DNA of 64,000 nt from Solirubrobacterales bacterium (GCA_003132505.1 PKXY01000026.1:79396-143395), one strand, 5' to 3'; counted from the stretch's first letter, positions 1 to 11,205 are shown. Notes: generated from the sequence alone by a model not told the origin. Translations and numbers: made by a program.

Positions 1-1
1 A

Positions 2-1654
<1,653 letters not shown>

Positions 1655-1663
1655 TCGTGCCGC

Positions 1664-1696
1664 GGCGACACGCGACGAGTGTCGTCGCGTGTCGCC
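1664..1696 (+). terminator. perfect 15-bp GC hairpin just after glnN stop (no U-tract)
   Basis: GGCGACACGCGACGA-gtg-TCGTCGCGTGTCGCC, read directly. It lies between the glnN stop (1654) and the metH start (1843). Confidence 0.55.
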
Positions 1697-1842
1697 GGCC
1701 GCGAAATGTGGAGCGCACGGTCACCAGGCGCGAGCCGCCGCAGGTCCACGGCCATCGAACGCCGGGGCGCCTGTTCCGTCGGCGCAAACCTTGCCAGGAG
1801 TTTGTCAAGGTTGGTCGGCGGCGCTGGTAGGATTGCTCGACG

Positions 1843-4800
1843 ATGCGCGACTTCCTCCAGGCGCTCCGCACCCGTGTCGTCATCTACGACGGCGGCATGG
1901 GAGCGACGCTCGAGCAGCTCGACCTGACGAGCGCCGACTACGGCGGCCTTGCCGGACGCTGCCACGAGGCCCTCGTCCTGAACCGGCCCGACGTGATCGA
2001 GGGCGTCCACAGCTCGATGCTCGACGCTGGCGCCGAGGTCGTGGAAACGTGCACGTTCCAGGGTTCCCGAATCAAGCTCGATGAGTGGGGCCTCGGTAGC
2101 GAGACGCTCGAGATCAACACACGCGCCGCGCAGATCGCGCGCGAGGCCGCGGGCTCCGAGCGTTTCGTTGCCGGCTCGATCGGCCCGACCGGCTACCTTC
2201 CAGCCTCCGAAGACCCGACACTCGGGCAGATCAGCTTCCGTGAGCTCGTCGAGGTGTTCACCGAGCAGGCGCAAGGGCTCGTCGCCGGTGGTGCCGACCT
2301 GCTGATCATCGAGACGGCGCAGGACATCCTCGAGGTGAAGGCCGCGGTGTTCGGCGCCCGCGCGGCCTTCAAGTTGACCGGTAGCACGCTGCCGATCCAC
2401 ACCTCGGTGTCGCTGCTGCCAAACGGCGGCAAGATGCTGCTCGGCACCGACATCTCCTCGGTGCTCGCGACGCTCGAAGCGCTCAAAGTCGACATCATCG
2501 GCCTGAACTGCTCGACCGGCCCCGAGGACATGCGCGACGCGCTCCGTTTCCTCGGCGAGTTCTCGCCGCTGCCGGTCGCGTGCATCCCAAACGCCGGCCT
2601 GCCGATCCAGGGACCGAACGGCGAGACGATATTTCCGATGACGCCCGAGCCGCTCGCGGAGCTGCTCGGCGAGTTCGTGGAGCGCTACGGCGTCGGCGTG
2701 GTCGGCGGCTGCTGCGGCACGACGCCGGTACACATCGCGGCGCTTGCTGAACGGGTCGGTCGGCCGGCGGTGGCACCGCGACCGGCCCCGCGACCTGCAC
2801 ACGTGTCGTCGATGATCGCCGCGACGCCGCTCGCGCAGCTGCCCGCGCCGACGATCGTCGGGGAACGCGTCAACTCGCAGGGGTCGCGGCGCGCCAAGGA
2901 GTTGCTGCTCGCAGACGGCTACGACGGGCTCGTGCAGATCGCAGAGAACCAGGTCGAGGGCGGCGCACACATCCTCGATCTGTGCGTTGCACTCACCGAG
3001 CGGCAGGACGAGGCCGAGCAGATGCGGCTACTCGCCAAGAAGATCTCGCTGGCACTGCCCGCGCCGCTGCAGATCGACTCGACGGAGCCGGACGTGATGC
3101 GCGCGGCGCTCGAGCAGATCCCGGGCCGGGCGATCGTCAACTCCGTCAATCTCGAAGCCGGCCGGGCAAAGCTCGACACGGTGGTTCCGCTGTGCCTCGA
3201 GCACGGCGCCGCGCTGATCGCCCTGACGATCGACGAGGAGTCGATGGCGAAGACCGCGGGCCGCAAGGTGGAGGTTGCGAAGCGTATCTACGGCTACGTC
3301 GTCGACGAGCACGGAATGAGCCCGGAGGTACTGATCTTCGACGCGCTCACGTTCACGCTGGCGACCGGCTCTGACGAGTTCAAGACGTCGGCGATCGAGA
3401 CGATCGCCGGCATCCGCGATATCAAGGCGGCACTGCCCGGCGTCAAGACATCGCTCGGCGTCTCGAACGTGTCGTTCGGCTTCGGCAAGACCTCGCGCGC
3501 CGTGCTCAACTCGGTGTTCCTGCACCACTGCGTCGCCGCCGGGCTCGACCTCGCGATGGTCCATCCGGCCGACATCACTCCGTATTCTGAGATCAGTGAG
3601 CTCGAGCGCGAGCTCGCCGACGATCTCGTCTTCAACCGGCGCGAGGACGCGACACAGCGGTTTATCGAGCATTTCGAAGAGCGCGGCGAGAGCGACGCTG
3701 TCGAGGTCGCCGACCCGACCGCCGGGATGGAGCCGGAGGAGGCATTGCACTTCCACATCCTGCGCCGGCGCAAGGACGGTGTCGAGGAGTGGATCGATCG
3801 CAGCGTCGAGAAGATCGGAGCTGTACCGACGCTCAACGAGGTGCTGCTGCCGGCGATGAAGGAGGTCGGCGACAAGTTCGGCGCCGGCGAGTTGATCCTC
3901 CCGTTCGTGTTGCAGTCGGCGGAGGTGATGAAGCGCGCGGTGAGCCGCCTCGAGCTCTACCTCGACCGGATCGAGGGCTACACGAAGGGCACCGTCGTCG
4001 TCGCGACGGTCTTCGGCGACGTACACGACATCGGCAAGTCGCTCGTCAACACGATCCTCACCAACAATGGCTACACCGTGGTCGACCTCGGTAAGCAAGT
4101 ACCGATCAGCGCGATCCTCGACGCTGCGCAGGAGCACAACGCGACCGCGATCGGACTCTCGGCACTGCTCGTCTCGACGTCGAAGCAGATGCCGCTATGC
4201 ATCGCCGAGTTGCACGAGCGGGGTCTCGAGTACCCGGTGCTAGTGGGTGGCGCCGCGATCAACCGCGACTTCGGCCTGCGGATTCTCTACCCGAAGGGCG
4301 GGGACTCGGACGAGATCTATGGGCCCGGCGTCTTCTACTGCAAGGACGCGTTCGAGGGACTCGCGCGGATGGACGAGCTCACCGACGCCGAGGCACGCGC
4401 CGAGCTTGTCGCGCGGACGCGCGCAGCCGCCCTCGCGCTGCGCTCGCGCAAGCCCGCGGCGCCCGAACTACCGACCGACGACGCGAGCGTCCGCTCGGCC
4501 GCCGCGGTCGACGTCCGCGTGCCGAAGCCGCCGTTCTGGGGTGCCCGCGAGGTGAACATCGATCTCGCCGACGTCTTCCCCCACCTCGACACGCACGTCC
4601 TGTTCAAGCTTCACTGGGGTGGGCGCGGCGTCAAGGGCGAGGCCTGGCGCGAGCTGGTCGAGGAGAACTTCCAGCCGCGCCTCGAGCGGATGTGGCGCGA
4701 GCAGGACTATTTGCATCCGCGCGCGCTGCTCGGCTACTTCCCGTGTTACGCCGAGGGCAACGAGCTTGTCGTGCTCGATCCTGACGACCGTGAGACGGTG

Positions 4801-5418
4801 CGCGAGCGCCTCGTCTTCCCCCGCCAGCCAGGACACGACCGTATCTGCCTCGCCGACTACTTCCGCCCGCGCGACTCCGGCGAGCTCGATGTCGTGGCAC
4901 TGCAGGCTGTGACCGTCGGTGATGCCGTGACCGAGCTGATCACACAGCTCGAGCAGGAGGGTGAGTTCGCCGAGCAGCTCTTCACGCATGGGCTTGGAGT
5001 CCAGGCTGCGGAGGGGACCGCCGAATGGCTCCACGCTCACGTGCGTCACGACCTCGGACTGACGCCGACGCAAGGGCGCCGCTACTCCTGGGGCTACCCG
5101 GCTTGCCCTGACCAGTCTGAGCACGAGAAGGTCTTCCGTCTGCTCGATGCCCCGCGGATCGGCCTGCGACTCTCGAGCGGCTGGGCGCTCGAGCCGGAAC
5201 AGTCGACGCTCGCGATCGTCGCCCACCATCCGCAGGCCGTCTACTTCGGAATGAAGTCGGGCTTCCTGCCGAAGGGAACCGCGCCGCCGGACGAGGTGAT
5301 CGCGGGCTCCGCGCGCGACCCGACGAGCAAGGCTCCCGCAGATGCGCTGGAGTCAGATGATCCGGACGTCCCGGTGGCCGCCACGCCGGTCTCCGGCGCG
5401 AATCAGGGCCCAGACTGA
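1843..5418 (+). CDS. metH: cobalamin-dependent methionine synthase
   Basis: The 1191-aa ORF has all MetH modules: an Hcy-binding domain (GLNCSTGP, GGCCGTTP), a pterin-binding domain, the B12-binding DxHxxG motif (GDVHDIGKSLV) and a C-terminal AdoMet activation domain. Confidence 0.95.
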   Translation: MRDFLQALRTRVVIYDGGMGATLEQLDLTSADYGGLAGRCHEALVLNRPDVIEGVHSSMLDAGAEVVETCTFQGSRIKLDEWGLGSETLEINTRAAQIAREAAGSERFVAGSIGPTGYLPASEDPTLGQISFRELVEVFTEQAQGLVAGGADLLIIETAQDILEVKAAVFGARAAFKLTGSTLPIHTSVSLLPNGGKMLLGTDISSVLATLEALKVDIIGLNCSTGPEDMRDALRFLGEFSPLPVACIPNAGLPIQGPNGETIFPMTPEPLAELLGEFVERYGVGVVGGCCGTTPVHIAALAERVGRPAVAPRPAPRPAHVSSMIAATPLAQLPAPTIVGERVNSQGSRRAKELLLADGYDGLVQIAENQVEGGAHILDLCVALTERQDEAEQMRLLAKKISLALPAPLQIDSTEPDVMRAALEQIPGRAIVNSVNLEAGRAKLDTVVPLCLEHGAALIALTIDEESMAKTAGRKVEVAKRIYGYVVDEHGMSPEVLIFDALTFTLATGSDEFKTSAIETIAGIRDIKAALPGVKTSLGVSNVSFGFGKTSRAVLNSVFLHHCVAAGLDLAMVHPADITPYSEISELERELADDLVFNRREDATQRFIEHFEERGESDAVEVADPTAGMEPEEALHFHILRRRKDGVEEWIDRSVEKIGAVPTLNEVLLPAMKEVGDKFGAGELILPFVLQSAEVMKRAVSRLELYLDRIEGYTKGTVVVATVFGDVHDIGKSLVNTILTNNGYTVVDLGKQVPISAILDAAQEHNATAIGLSALLVSTSKQMPLCIAELHERGLEYPVLVGGAAINRDFGLRILYPKGGDSDEIYGPGVFYCKDAFEGLARMDELTDAEARAELVARTRAAALALRSRKPAAPELPTDDASVRSAAAVDVRVPKPPFWGAREVNIDLADVFPHLDTHVLFKLHWGGRGVKGEAWRELVEENFQPRLERMWREQDYLHPRALLGYFPCYAEGNELVVLDPDDRETVRERLVFPRQPGHDRICLADYFRPRDSGELDVVALQAVTVGDAVTELITQLEQEGEFAEQLFTHGLGVQAAEGTAEWLHAHVRHDLGLTPTQGRRYSWGYPACPDQSEHEKVFRLLDAPRIGLRLSSGWALEPEQSTLAIVAHHPQAVYFGMKSGFLPKGTAPPDEVIAGSARDPTSKAPADALESDDPDVPVAATPVSGANQGPD

Positions 5419-5687
5419 GCCGCGAGCAGCGCCAGCTTTGCCGCGCGTGGCAGCTGCTTGATCCGCGCCTCCTCGCGCCGCGCGCTCGAGTTGTCCTGCA
5501 TCGGCATCGCGGACAGCAGCTCGATCGGGAGTCGGGAGCGCGTGTAGCGGCCGCCGCGACCCGCCGCGTGAGCTGCAACCCGCCGCTCGATGTCGACGGT
5601 CCAACCCGTGTAGAGCGAGCCGTCGGCGCAGCGCAGCACGTAAACCCAGGCCGCAGCGCCCGCGGCAGCCTCAGGCTTCGGCGGCAC
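5403..5687 (-). CDS. GIY-YIG nuclease-superfamily protein (UPF0213-like)
   Basis: WVYVLRCADGSLYTGWTVDIERRVAAH...RREEARIKQL fits the GIY-YIG pattern. The tracked start at 5783 would overlap the upstream gene by 113 nt, whereas a GTG at 5687 gives a 17-nt overlap. The 3' end overlaps the metH 3' end by 16 nt (convergent). Confidence 0.7.
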   Translation of the reverse strand: MPPKPEAAAGAAAWVYVLRCADGSLYTGWTVDIERRVAAHAAGRGGRYTRSRLPIELLSAMPMQDNSSARREEARIKQLPRAAKLALLAAQSGP

Positions 5688-8016
5688 CGCGTTGCACGAG
5701 CTGCTGCGAGTCGGACACGACCAGGCGGACCGGGGCGGTGTGCATGGTGCGCAGGCGAACGTCGCGCCATGACATTCCCTCACGTAGCAGCGCCGGTAAC
5801 CCCATCACGACCGCGGTGGTGATCTCGACGGCCTGCAGGATGATGCCGTAGGCGATCGCGTCGGCGGCCGATACATGGAAGCCGCCGGAGAGGACGGCGA
5901 CACAGGCGGCCTGGAAGACACCGATGTTCGACGGTGCCGCCGGGAGAACCGCGGTGACGTTCACGGCAAAGAGCACGCCGGCCGCAGCAGCGAGACCGGC
6001 GCGGCCACTGAGCCCGAGCGCCAGCAGCAGGACGTAGCATGAGGCGCACTGCAGCGCCCACGCCCCGAGCTGAGCGCCGACAGCGACGCCAGCAAGACGC
6101 GGCTCGCGGAACACACGCATCCCGGCGCGAACCCGCAATGCCGTCGCGTGCACGCGCGCCAGCAGCGCCGCGCGACGGTCCGAGTCGGATCGCGCTCCCG
6201 GCCGTCGGATGAGCAGCGGCACAATCACGATCGCGGCCACGAGCGCCGCCGGCGCGATCGCGACGGCTATCAACGCGCTGTGATGACCGTTGAAGATGTC
6301 GACGCTCGAGAACATCACCGTGCCGAGGATCGCGAGGGCTAGGAGGTTGAGAAGCGTCTGCGAGACGATCGTGCCGAGGACCACGGGCAGCGTCTCGACC
6401 GGGCGTCCGAGGCGCCGCGCGACGATCAGCGAGCGCGAGGGCTCCCCGAGGCGCGCCGGCAGGGTGGCACTCATCAGCACACCGATGAAAGTGCCCTGCA
6501 TCGCATCCGAGCGTTTGACCCGCGAATGCGGTAGCGCGGCGCGAAGAATCGCGTGCCAGGCGATCGCGCGCGCAGCCATCGCGGCGCACATCAGGGCGAG
6601 GCCGAGGATCACCCACGACGGCTGCGAAGTGACGAGGCTGCTGACGATCTTTCCAGGCCCGATCTGGCGCACGGCGAAGAAGGCGGCAAGCATGCCGGCC
6701 AAGGCAGCTGCGACGATCACGGCGCGGCGCCCGACCGTTTGCAGGGGCGCTCGCGACGTAGTGCGCGCCGGCTCGATGGACGCAAGCCGACGGCCGACGA
6801 GCGTCGCGTGCTGGGCCGGATCGGCCGCACGCAGGCCGATCCGCGCCTGCGTGCGCTGGACCGCGCCCTCTGGCAGCGGCATCGCGACCGCGTCATCGTA
6901 GGCCGCGAGTATCTGCTCGGTGACGAGCGGCCATGCGAAGCGGGCCGCAGCCGCGGCTGCGGCCGACGACATCGCAGCACGACGTGGCACGTCGTAGGCG
7001 AGGTCCAGCAGCGTCGTCGCGAGTGCGGCAGCATCGCCGGGCGCGACGAGGACGCCGTCGACGCCGTCGCTCACGACGCCCGCGTAACCGGGGATGTTCG
7101 AAGCGACGACCGGCGTCCCGGCGGCGAACGCCTCCGTCAGCACCATGCCAAAGCTCTCGCCACCAAGCGACGGCGCGAGCAGCAGGTCGGCGCCACGCAG
7201 CACCTCCTCCTTTGCCGCGTCAGAGAGCTTTCCGTGCGCGGTGACTCCAGCCGGGTCGAGCAGCCGGTGAGCCAGCTCGCCGCGCTCGACGCCAATGATG
7301 TCGAGCGTCACCGGAACGTGCTCGCGGAGCGCCTCGAAGGCAGACAGCGCGAACGGCAGGCCCTTGCGCTCGACCGCTTGGCCAACGAACACGAGACGCA
7401 GCGGCCGTTCGCCACTCGGAGCCACGGCACAAGGGCGCTCGAGCGACTCGGATATCTCAACGCCATTGGGGATCACGCGATATTCGCCGCCGAAGAAGCG
7501 TCGGCCCGTCCAGGCGGCAGCCTCGGAGACGGCAATCCGCACCGCGAGCCGGTTCATCAGCCGACTCGCGCCCGCGAGGTTGCCGAAGCCATTCGTCAGG
7601 CGGTTCGTCGAATAGCAGTGGAAGGTGCCGACGAGCGGCTGACGGCAGGAGGAGAGGACGTCCCAGCTGATCACCGGGGCGATCGGCTCGTGAACGTGGA
7701 CGACGTCGTAGCCGCCGCGCGCCAGCTCTCCGCGAACCGCCCAGATGGCGGACGGCGCGATCGCGAGGTTCGACACTGCGCCGTTGGCGGGGAAGCCGAC
7801 CGTCCGCCCGATGGCGATCACGTTTTCGTCGAGTTGACGCGCCTGGGGAAGGGCGCCACGGTGCAAACGCGCGCTGAGCGAGTCTTGCGGGTCGAACGGC
7901 GTGATGATGCTCGCAGTGTGCCCGGAGGCGCGCAGGTGAACGGCGAGCGCCTCGATGTGGCGCGTCACACCACCGGGATAGCTCCACGAGTATGGCGAGA
8001 CCAGCGCGATGCGCAC
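5671..8016 (-). CDS. fusion protein: GT4-type (GT-B) glycosyltransferase plus C-terminal polytopic LPG-synthase-TM/UPF0104 flippase-like domain
   Basis: The N-terminus reads MRIALVSPYSWSYPGGVTRHIEAL... and contains GGESFGMVLTEAFAAGTPVVASNIPG (GT4 EX7E region). The C-terminal ~350 aa hold many hydrophobic helices (VIVAAALAGMLAAFFAV, WVILGLALMCAAMAA, ...). Confidence 0.8.
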   Translation of the reverse strand: MRIALVSPYSWSYPGGVTRHIEALAVHLRASGHTASIITPFDPQDSLSARLHRGALPQARQLDENVIAIGRTVGFPANGAVSNLAIAPSAIWAVRGELARGGYDVVHVHEPIAPVISWDVLSSCRQPLVGTFHCYSTNRLTNGFGNLAGASRLMNRLAVRIAVSEAAAWTGRRFFGGEYRVIPNGVEISESLERPCAVAPSGERPLRLVFVGQAVERKGLPFALSAFEALREHVPVTLDIIGVERGELAHRLLDPAGVTAHGKLSDAAKEEVLRGADLLLAPSLGGESFGMVLTEAFAAGTPVVASNIPGYAGVVSDGVDGVLVAPGDAAALATTLLDLAYDVPRRAAMSSAAAAAAARFAWPLVTEQILAAYDDAVAMPLPEGAVQRTQARIGLRAADPAQHATLVGRRLASIEPARTTSRAPLQTVGRRAVIVAAALAGMLAAFFAVRQIGPGKIVSSLVTSQPSWVILGLALMCAAMAARAIAWHAILRAALPHSRVKRSDAMQGTFIGVLMSATLPARLGEPSRSLIVARRLGRPVETLPVVLGTIVSQTLLNLLALAILGTVMFSSVDIFNGHHSALIAVAIAPAALVAAIVIVPLLIRRPGARSDSDRRAALLARVHATALRVRAGMRVFREPRLAGVAVGAQLGAWALQCASCYVLLLALGLSGRAGLAAAAGVLFAVNVTAVLPAAPSNIGVFQAACVAVLSGGFHVSAADAIAYGIILQAVEITTAVVMGLPALLREGMSWRDVRLRTMHTAPVRLVVSDSQQLVQRGAAEA

Positions 8017-8127
8017 CCGGCGAATCCTACCGACGGAGCTGGTCGAGCGGGGTTGGCCCGAGGCGCCGGGGCGGCACCGGGGCCCGCGTATAATCGGCCT
8101 CCAACGAGAACCTCGTCAGGATCCGCC

Positions 8128-8829
8128 ATGCCGGCTCGCCACTTCGTCAAGTACACGTTCCTCAAGCTCGACCCCCAGTGGCGCCGACTCGACGCCGATT
8201 TTCGGGCTGAGCACAAGCGGGAGTTCATCGCCGCCTGCGAGGACTTCGCCAGCGACCACCTACTGCGCTCCTTCTCGACCGTAGGCACCCGCGGCGACAC
8301 CGACCTGCTGCTGCTCTCGCAGTCGATCAACCTCGATCGCATCCACGAGTTTCACGTCGTGCTCGCCCAGACCGGGCTGATGAAGTGGGCGAGCATCCCG
8401 TATTCATATCTCGCGATGACGAAGCCCTCGGAATACTCAGAGGAATCCCGCCTCGAGGTGCGGCCGGGCCACTCGAAATACCTCTTCGTCTATCCGTTCG
8501 TCAAGACACGGGATTGGTACTTGCTCGCGCCCGACGAGCGCTACAGGGTCATGCAGGAGCACATCAGGATCGGCCGTGAGTACCCGCAGATCGACCTCAA
8601 CACCTCCTACTCGTTTGGGCTCGACGATCAGGAGTTCGTCGTGGCGTTCGAGACCGACGAGCCCGGCGACTTCCTCGACCTCGTCCAGCGCCTGCGCACC
8701 ACGGAGTCGTCGTTGTACACGAAGCGCGACACCCCGACCTTCAGCTGCATCGCGATGTCGGTACCGCGCACGCTTGCCGCACTCGACGGCGAGGCTGTCG
8801 GCGCCGAGGCGCTCACTTCACTGACATGA
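8128..8829 (+). CDS. hemQ: coproheme decarboxylase (chlorite-dismutase family HemQ/ChdC)
   Basis: Only the last 233 codons of tracked ORF 6553..8829 look real; the upstream part is antisense to the GT gene. The gene starts at the ATG at 8128 (MPARHFVKYTFLKLDP...). YLFVYPFVKTRDWYLL...FVVAFETDEPGDFLDLVQRLR resembles actinobacterial HemQ. Confidence 0.85.
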   Translation: MPARHFVKYTFLKLDPQWRRLDADFRAEHKREFIAACEDFASDHLLRSFSTVGTRGDTDLLLLSQSINLDRIHEFHVVLAQTGLMKWASIPYSYLAMTKPSEYSEESRLEVRPGHSKYLFVYPFVKTRDWYLLAPDERYRVMQEHIRIGREYPQIDLNTSYSFGLDDQEFVVAFETDEPGDFLDLVQRLRTTESSLYTKRDTPTFSCIAMSVPRTLAALDGEAVGAEALTSLT

Positions 8830-10208
8830 CCGAGGTGGACACGGGCGACGCCCGGGTCCGTGTCGCGATCATCGGCTCCGGTCCCGCCGGCAGCTACGCG
8901 GCGGGGCAGCTGCTGAGCCACAGCGCGACCGAGCTGCACGTCGACCTGTTCGAGCGGCTCCCGACACCGTGGGGCCTCGTCCGGGCCGGGGTCGCACCGG
9001 ACCACCCGAAGATCAAGTCTGTGACGCGCATCTATGAGCGGACCGCCGAGCATGCGCGGCTGCGCTACTACGGCAACGTCGAGTTCGGCAGCGACCTGAC
9101 GCTCGCCGACCTACGCGCGCACTACAACGCGATCATCTACGCCGTCGGGACGCCGGTTGACCGCGAGCTCGGCATTCCGGGCGAGGACCTCGCGCGAAGC
9201 TACGCCGCGACGGACTTCGTCGGCTGGTACAACGGCCACCCCGACTTCAGCGATCACGAGTTCGACCTGCGCGGCGAACGAGCTGTCGTGATCGGCGCCG
9301 GGAACGTCGCGCTCGACGTGGCTCGGATGCTCGTGCTCACGCACCAAGAGCTCGCCAGGACGGACGTCGCTGACCACGCGCTCGAGGCGCTGGCGCGGAG
9401 CAAGATCTCGGAGGTGCTCGTGATTGCGCGGCGCGGGCCGGCGCAGGCCGCGTTCACCAACCCGGAGCTGCTCGAGCTGAGCGAGCTGAGCGCGGCCGAT
9501 GTGATCGTCGATCCGGATGAGCTCGCAATGGCAGGCGGCACCGGCGACGCGGAAGCCGATACGAAGGCGAGGCGGAACGTTGAGATCCTGCGGGAGTACG
9601 CCATACGTCCGCAGGAAGGCAAGCCGCGGCGGGTCACGCTGCGCTTCATGCTCTCGCCACTCGCGATCGAAGGTCACGGTGGCGTCGATCGCGTCGTGCT
9701 CGCGCGCAACGAACTGGTGCGCGAGCAGGACGGGAGTTTGCGCGCGCAGACGACCGAAGAGCGGATCGTGGTGGCGACGCACGCCGTCTTCCGCGCCATC
9801 GGTTACCGCGGCACCCCACTGACCGACGTGCCATTCGACGAGCGCCGAGGCGTGATCGCGAACACCGGCGGACGCGTGGTCGCTCCGGAAGGCGTGCGCC
9901 ACGGGGAATACGTCGTCGGCTGGGCCAAGCGCGGGCCGAGCGGAGTCATTGGCACCAACAAGAAGGACGCCAACGACACCGTCGCGCGCTTGCTCGAGGA
10001 CTTCGGCGGCGGTCGCCTGCTCGCACCGGCACCGATCAGCGACGCGGCGCTCGACCGGTTCATTCGCGAGCGGGCGCCGAACGTGGTCGACTACGCCGGT
10101 TGGGCGCGGATCGACCGCCACGAACGCGAGCGCGGCGCCTCGCAAGGACGCCCGCGGATCAAGCTGACGCGCGTGCAGGAGATGCTCGCGGCGGCGAAGC
10201 GCCGGTGA
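8826..10208 (+). CDS. fprA: NADPH:ferredoxin (adrenodoxin-type) reductase FprA
   Basis: VAIIGSGPAGSYAAGQLL, LPTPWGLVRAGVAPDHPKIKS, AVVIGAGNVALDVARML and GWAKRGPSGVIGTNK are collinear with mycobacterial FprA. The ATG overlaps the hemQ stop (ATGA). Confidence 0.85.
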   Translation: MTEVDTGDARVRVAIIGSGPAGSYAAGQLLSHSATELHVDLFERLPTPWGLVRAGVAPDHPKIKSVTRIYERTAEHARLRYYGNVEFGSDLTLADLRAHYNAIIYAVGTPVDRELGIPGEDLARSYAATDFVGWYNGHPDFSDHEFDLRGERAVVIGAGNVALDVARMLVLTHQELARTDVADHALEALARSKISEVLVIARRGPAQAAFTNPELLELSELSAADVIVDPDELAMAGGTGDAEADTKARRNVEILREYAIRPQEGKPRRVTLRFMLSPLAIEGHGGVDRVVLARNELVREQDGSLRAQTTEERIVVATHAVFRAIGYRGTPLTDVPFDERRGVIANTGGRVVAPEGVRHGEYVVGWAKRGPSGVIGTNKKDANDTVARLLEDFGGGRLLAPAPISDAALDRFIRERAPNVVDYAGWARIDRHERERGASQGRPRIKLTRVQEMLAAAKRR

Positions 10209-10837
10209 GCGTGGACGCTGCGACGTCGCACCTGCGCAGCGCCGACCCGGTGCTCGCGCGGCTGATCGAGCGCCTCGCCGCGGATGTTGCGTCACTTGAC
10301 GAGCGGCGCAGCCGCAGGCCGCGCGACCACTACGCCGGCCTCGTGCGGACGATCGTCGGCCAGCAGCTCTCGACGCGCGTTGCCCAGGCCATCTGGCTGC
10401 GACTGCTCGAGTACTTCGACGGTGAGCTGCCAACGCCGCAGGCGATCCTCGCTGCCGATCCCGAGGAGCTACGCGCGGCTGCAGGACTGTCGCGGGCGAA
10501 GGTCGTCTACCTGCGTTCATTGGCGGAGCACGTCACCTCGGGATCGCTCGAGCTGGAGCGGCTCGAGACGCTCGACGACGAGACGGTGATGGCAGAGCTC
10601 GTCGCGGTGAAAGGGCTCGGCGAGTGGAGCGCTCAGATGTTCCTGATGTTCCAGCTCGGCCGGGGCGACGTGCTCGCGCCGGGCGACCTGGGGATCCGCA
10701 AGGGCGTTCAGATCGTGTACGGCCTCGGGGAGCTGCCCAAACCGACCGCTGTAACGGCGCTCGCCGAGCGCTGGCGTCCCTACCGCACGACGGCCTGCCT
10801 CTTCCTCTGGGCGGCGATCGACGCACCGCCGCAGTAA
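10205..10837 (+). CDS. alkA: DNA-3-methyladenine glycosylase II family (HhH-GPD)
   Basis: HhH-GPD signature VAVKGLGEWSAQMFLMFQLGRGDVLAPGDLGIRKG. The start is re-called to the GTG at 10205, which overlaps the fprA stop (GTGA). The tracked start at 10100 would overlap fprA by 109 nt. Confidence 0.75.
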   Translation: MSVDAATSHLRSADPVLARLIERLAADVASLDERRSRRPRDHYAGLVRTIVGQQLSTRVAQAIWLRLLEYFDGELPTPQAILAADPEELRAAAGLSRAKVVYLRSLAEHVTSGSLELERLETLDDETVMAELVAVKGLGEWSAQMFLMFQLGRGDVLAPGDLGIRKGVQIVYGLGELPKPTAVTALAERWRPYRTTACLFLWAAIDAPPQ

Positions 10838-10851
10838 TCCGTCCAGGCCGG

Positions 10852-11205
10852 CTAGACCGGCGAGCAGGACTCCTGGTCGGCAACGCGGAACGAGGAGCCG
10901 CAGCCGCAGGCCGCGACGACGTTCGGGTTCTCCACCTGGAAGCCGGCGCCGGTGAGGGCATCAACGTAGTCGATCTGCGAGCCGTCGACGTATTCGAGCG
11001 CCTGCGAGTCGACCAGCAGCTTCAGGCCGTGATCCTCGAAGATCGAGTCGTCCTGGCGGGGCTCGTCAAAGGCCAGTTGATACTGGAAGCCCGAGCAGCC
11101 ACCGCCGCGAACGCCGACGCGCAGGCCAGCGGCCGCAACGTCGGTGCCCTGAGCCTCGAGGAATTCCCGCACCTTCTCGGCGCCCTTGTCGGTGATCGTA
11201 ACCAT
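10852..11205 (-). CDS. HesB/IscA/ErpA-family iron-sulfur cluster insertion protein
   Basis: The 117-aa protein contains GLRVGVRGGGCSGFQYQLAFD and a C-terminal CGCGSSF, the A-type carrier cysteine pattern. Confidence 0.9.
   Translation of the reverse strand: MVTITDKGAEKVREFLEAQGTDVAAAGLRVGVRGGGCSGFQYQLAFDEPRQDDSIFEDHGLKLLVDSQALEYVDGSQIDYVDALTGAGFQVENPNVVAACGCGSSFRVADQESCSPV

Noticed and set aside
6553-8127. N-terminal ~525 codons of the 758-aa tracked ORF that ends as hemQ
   Set aside because: This part is antisense to the GT4-fusion gene and has no HemQ similarity. A good ATG at 8128 gives a normal 233-aa HemQ.
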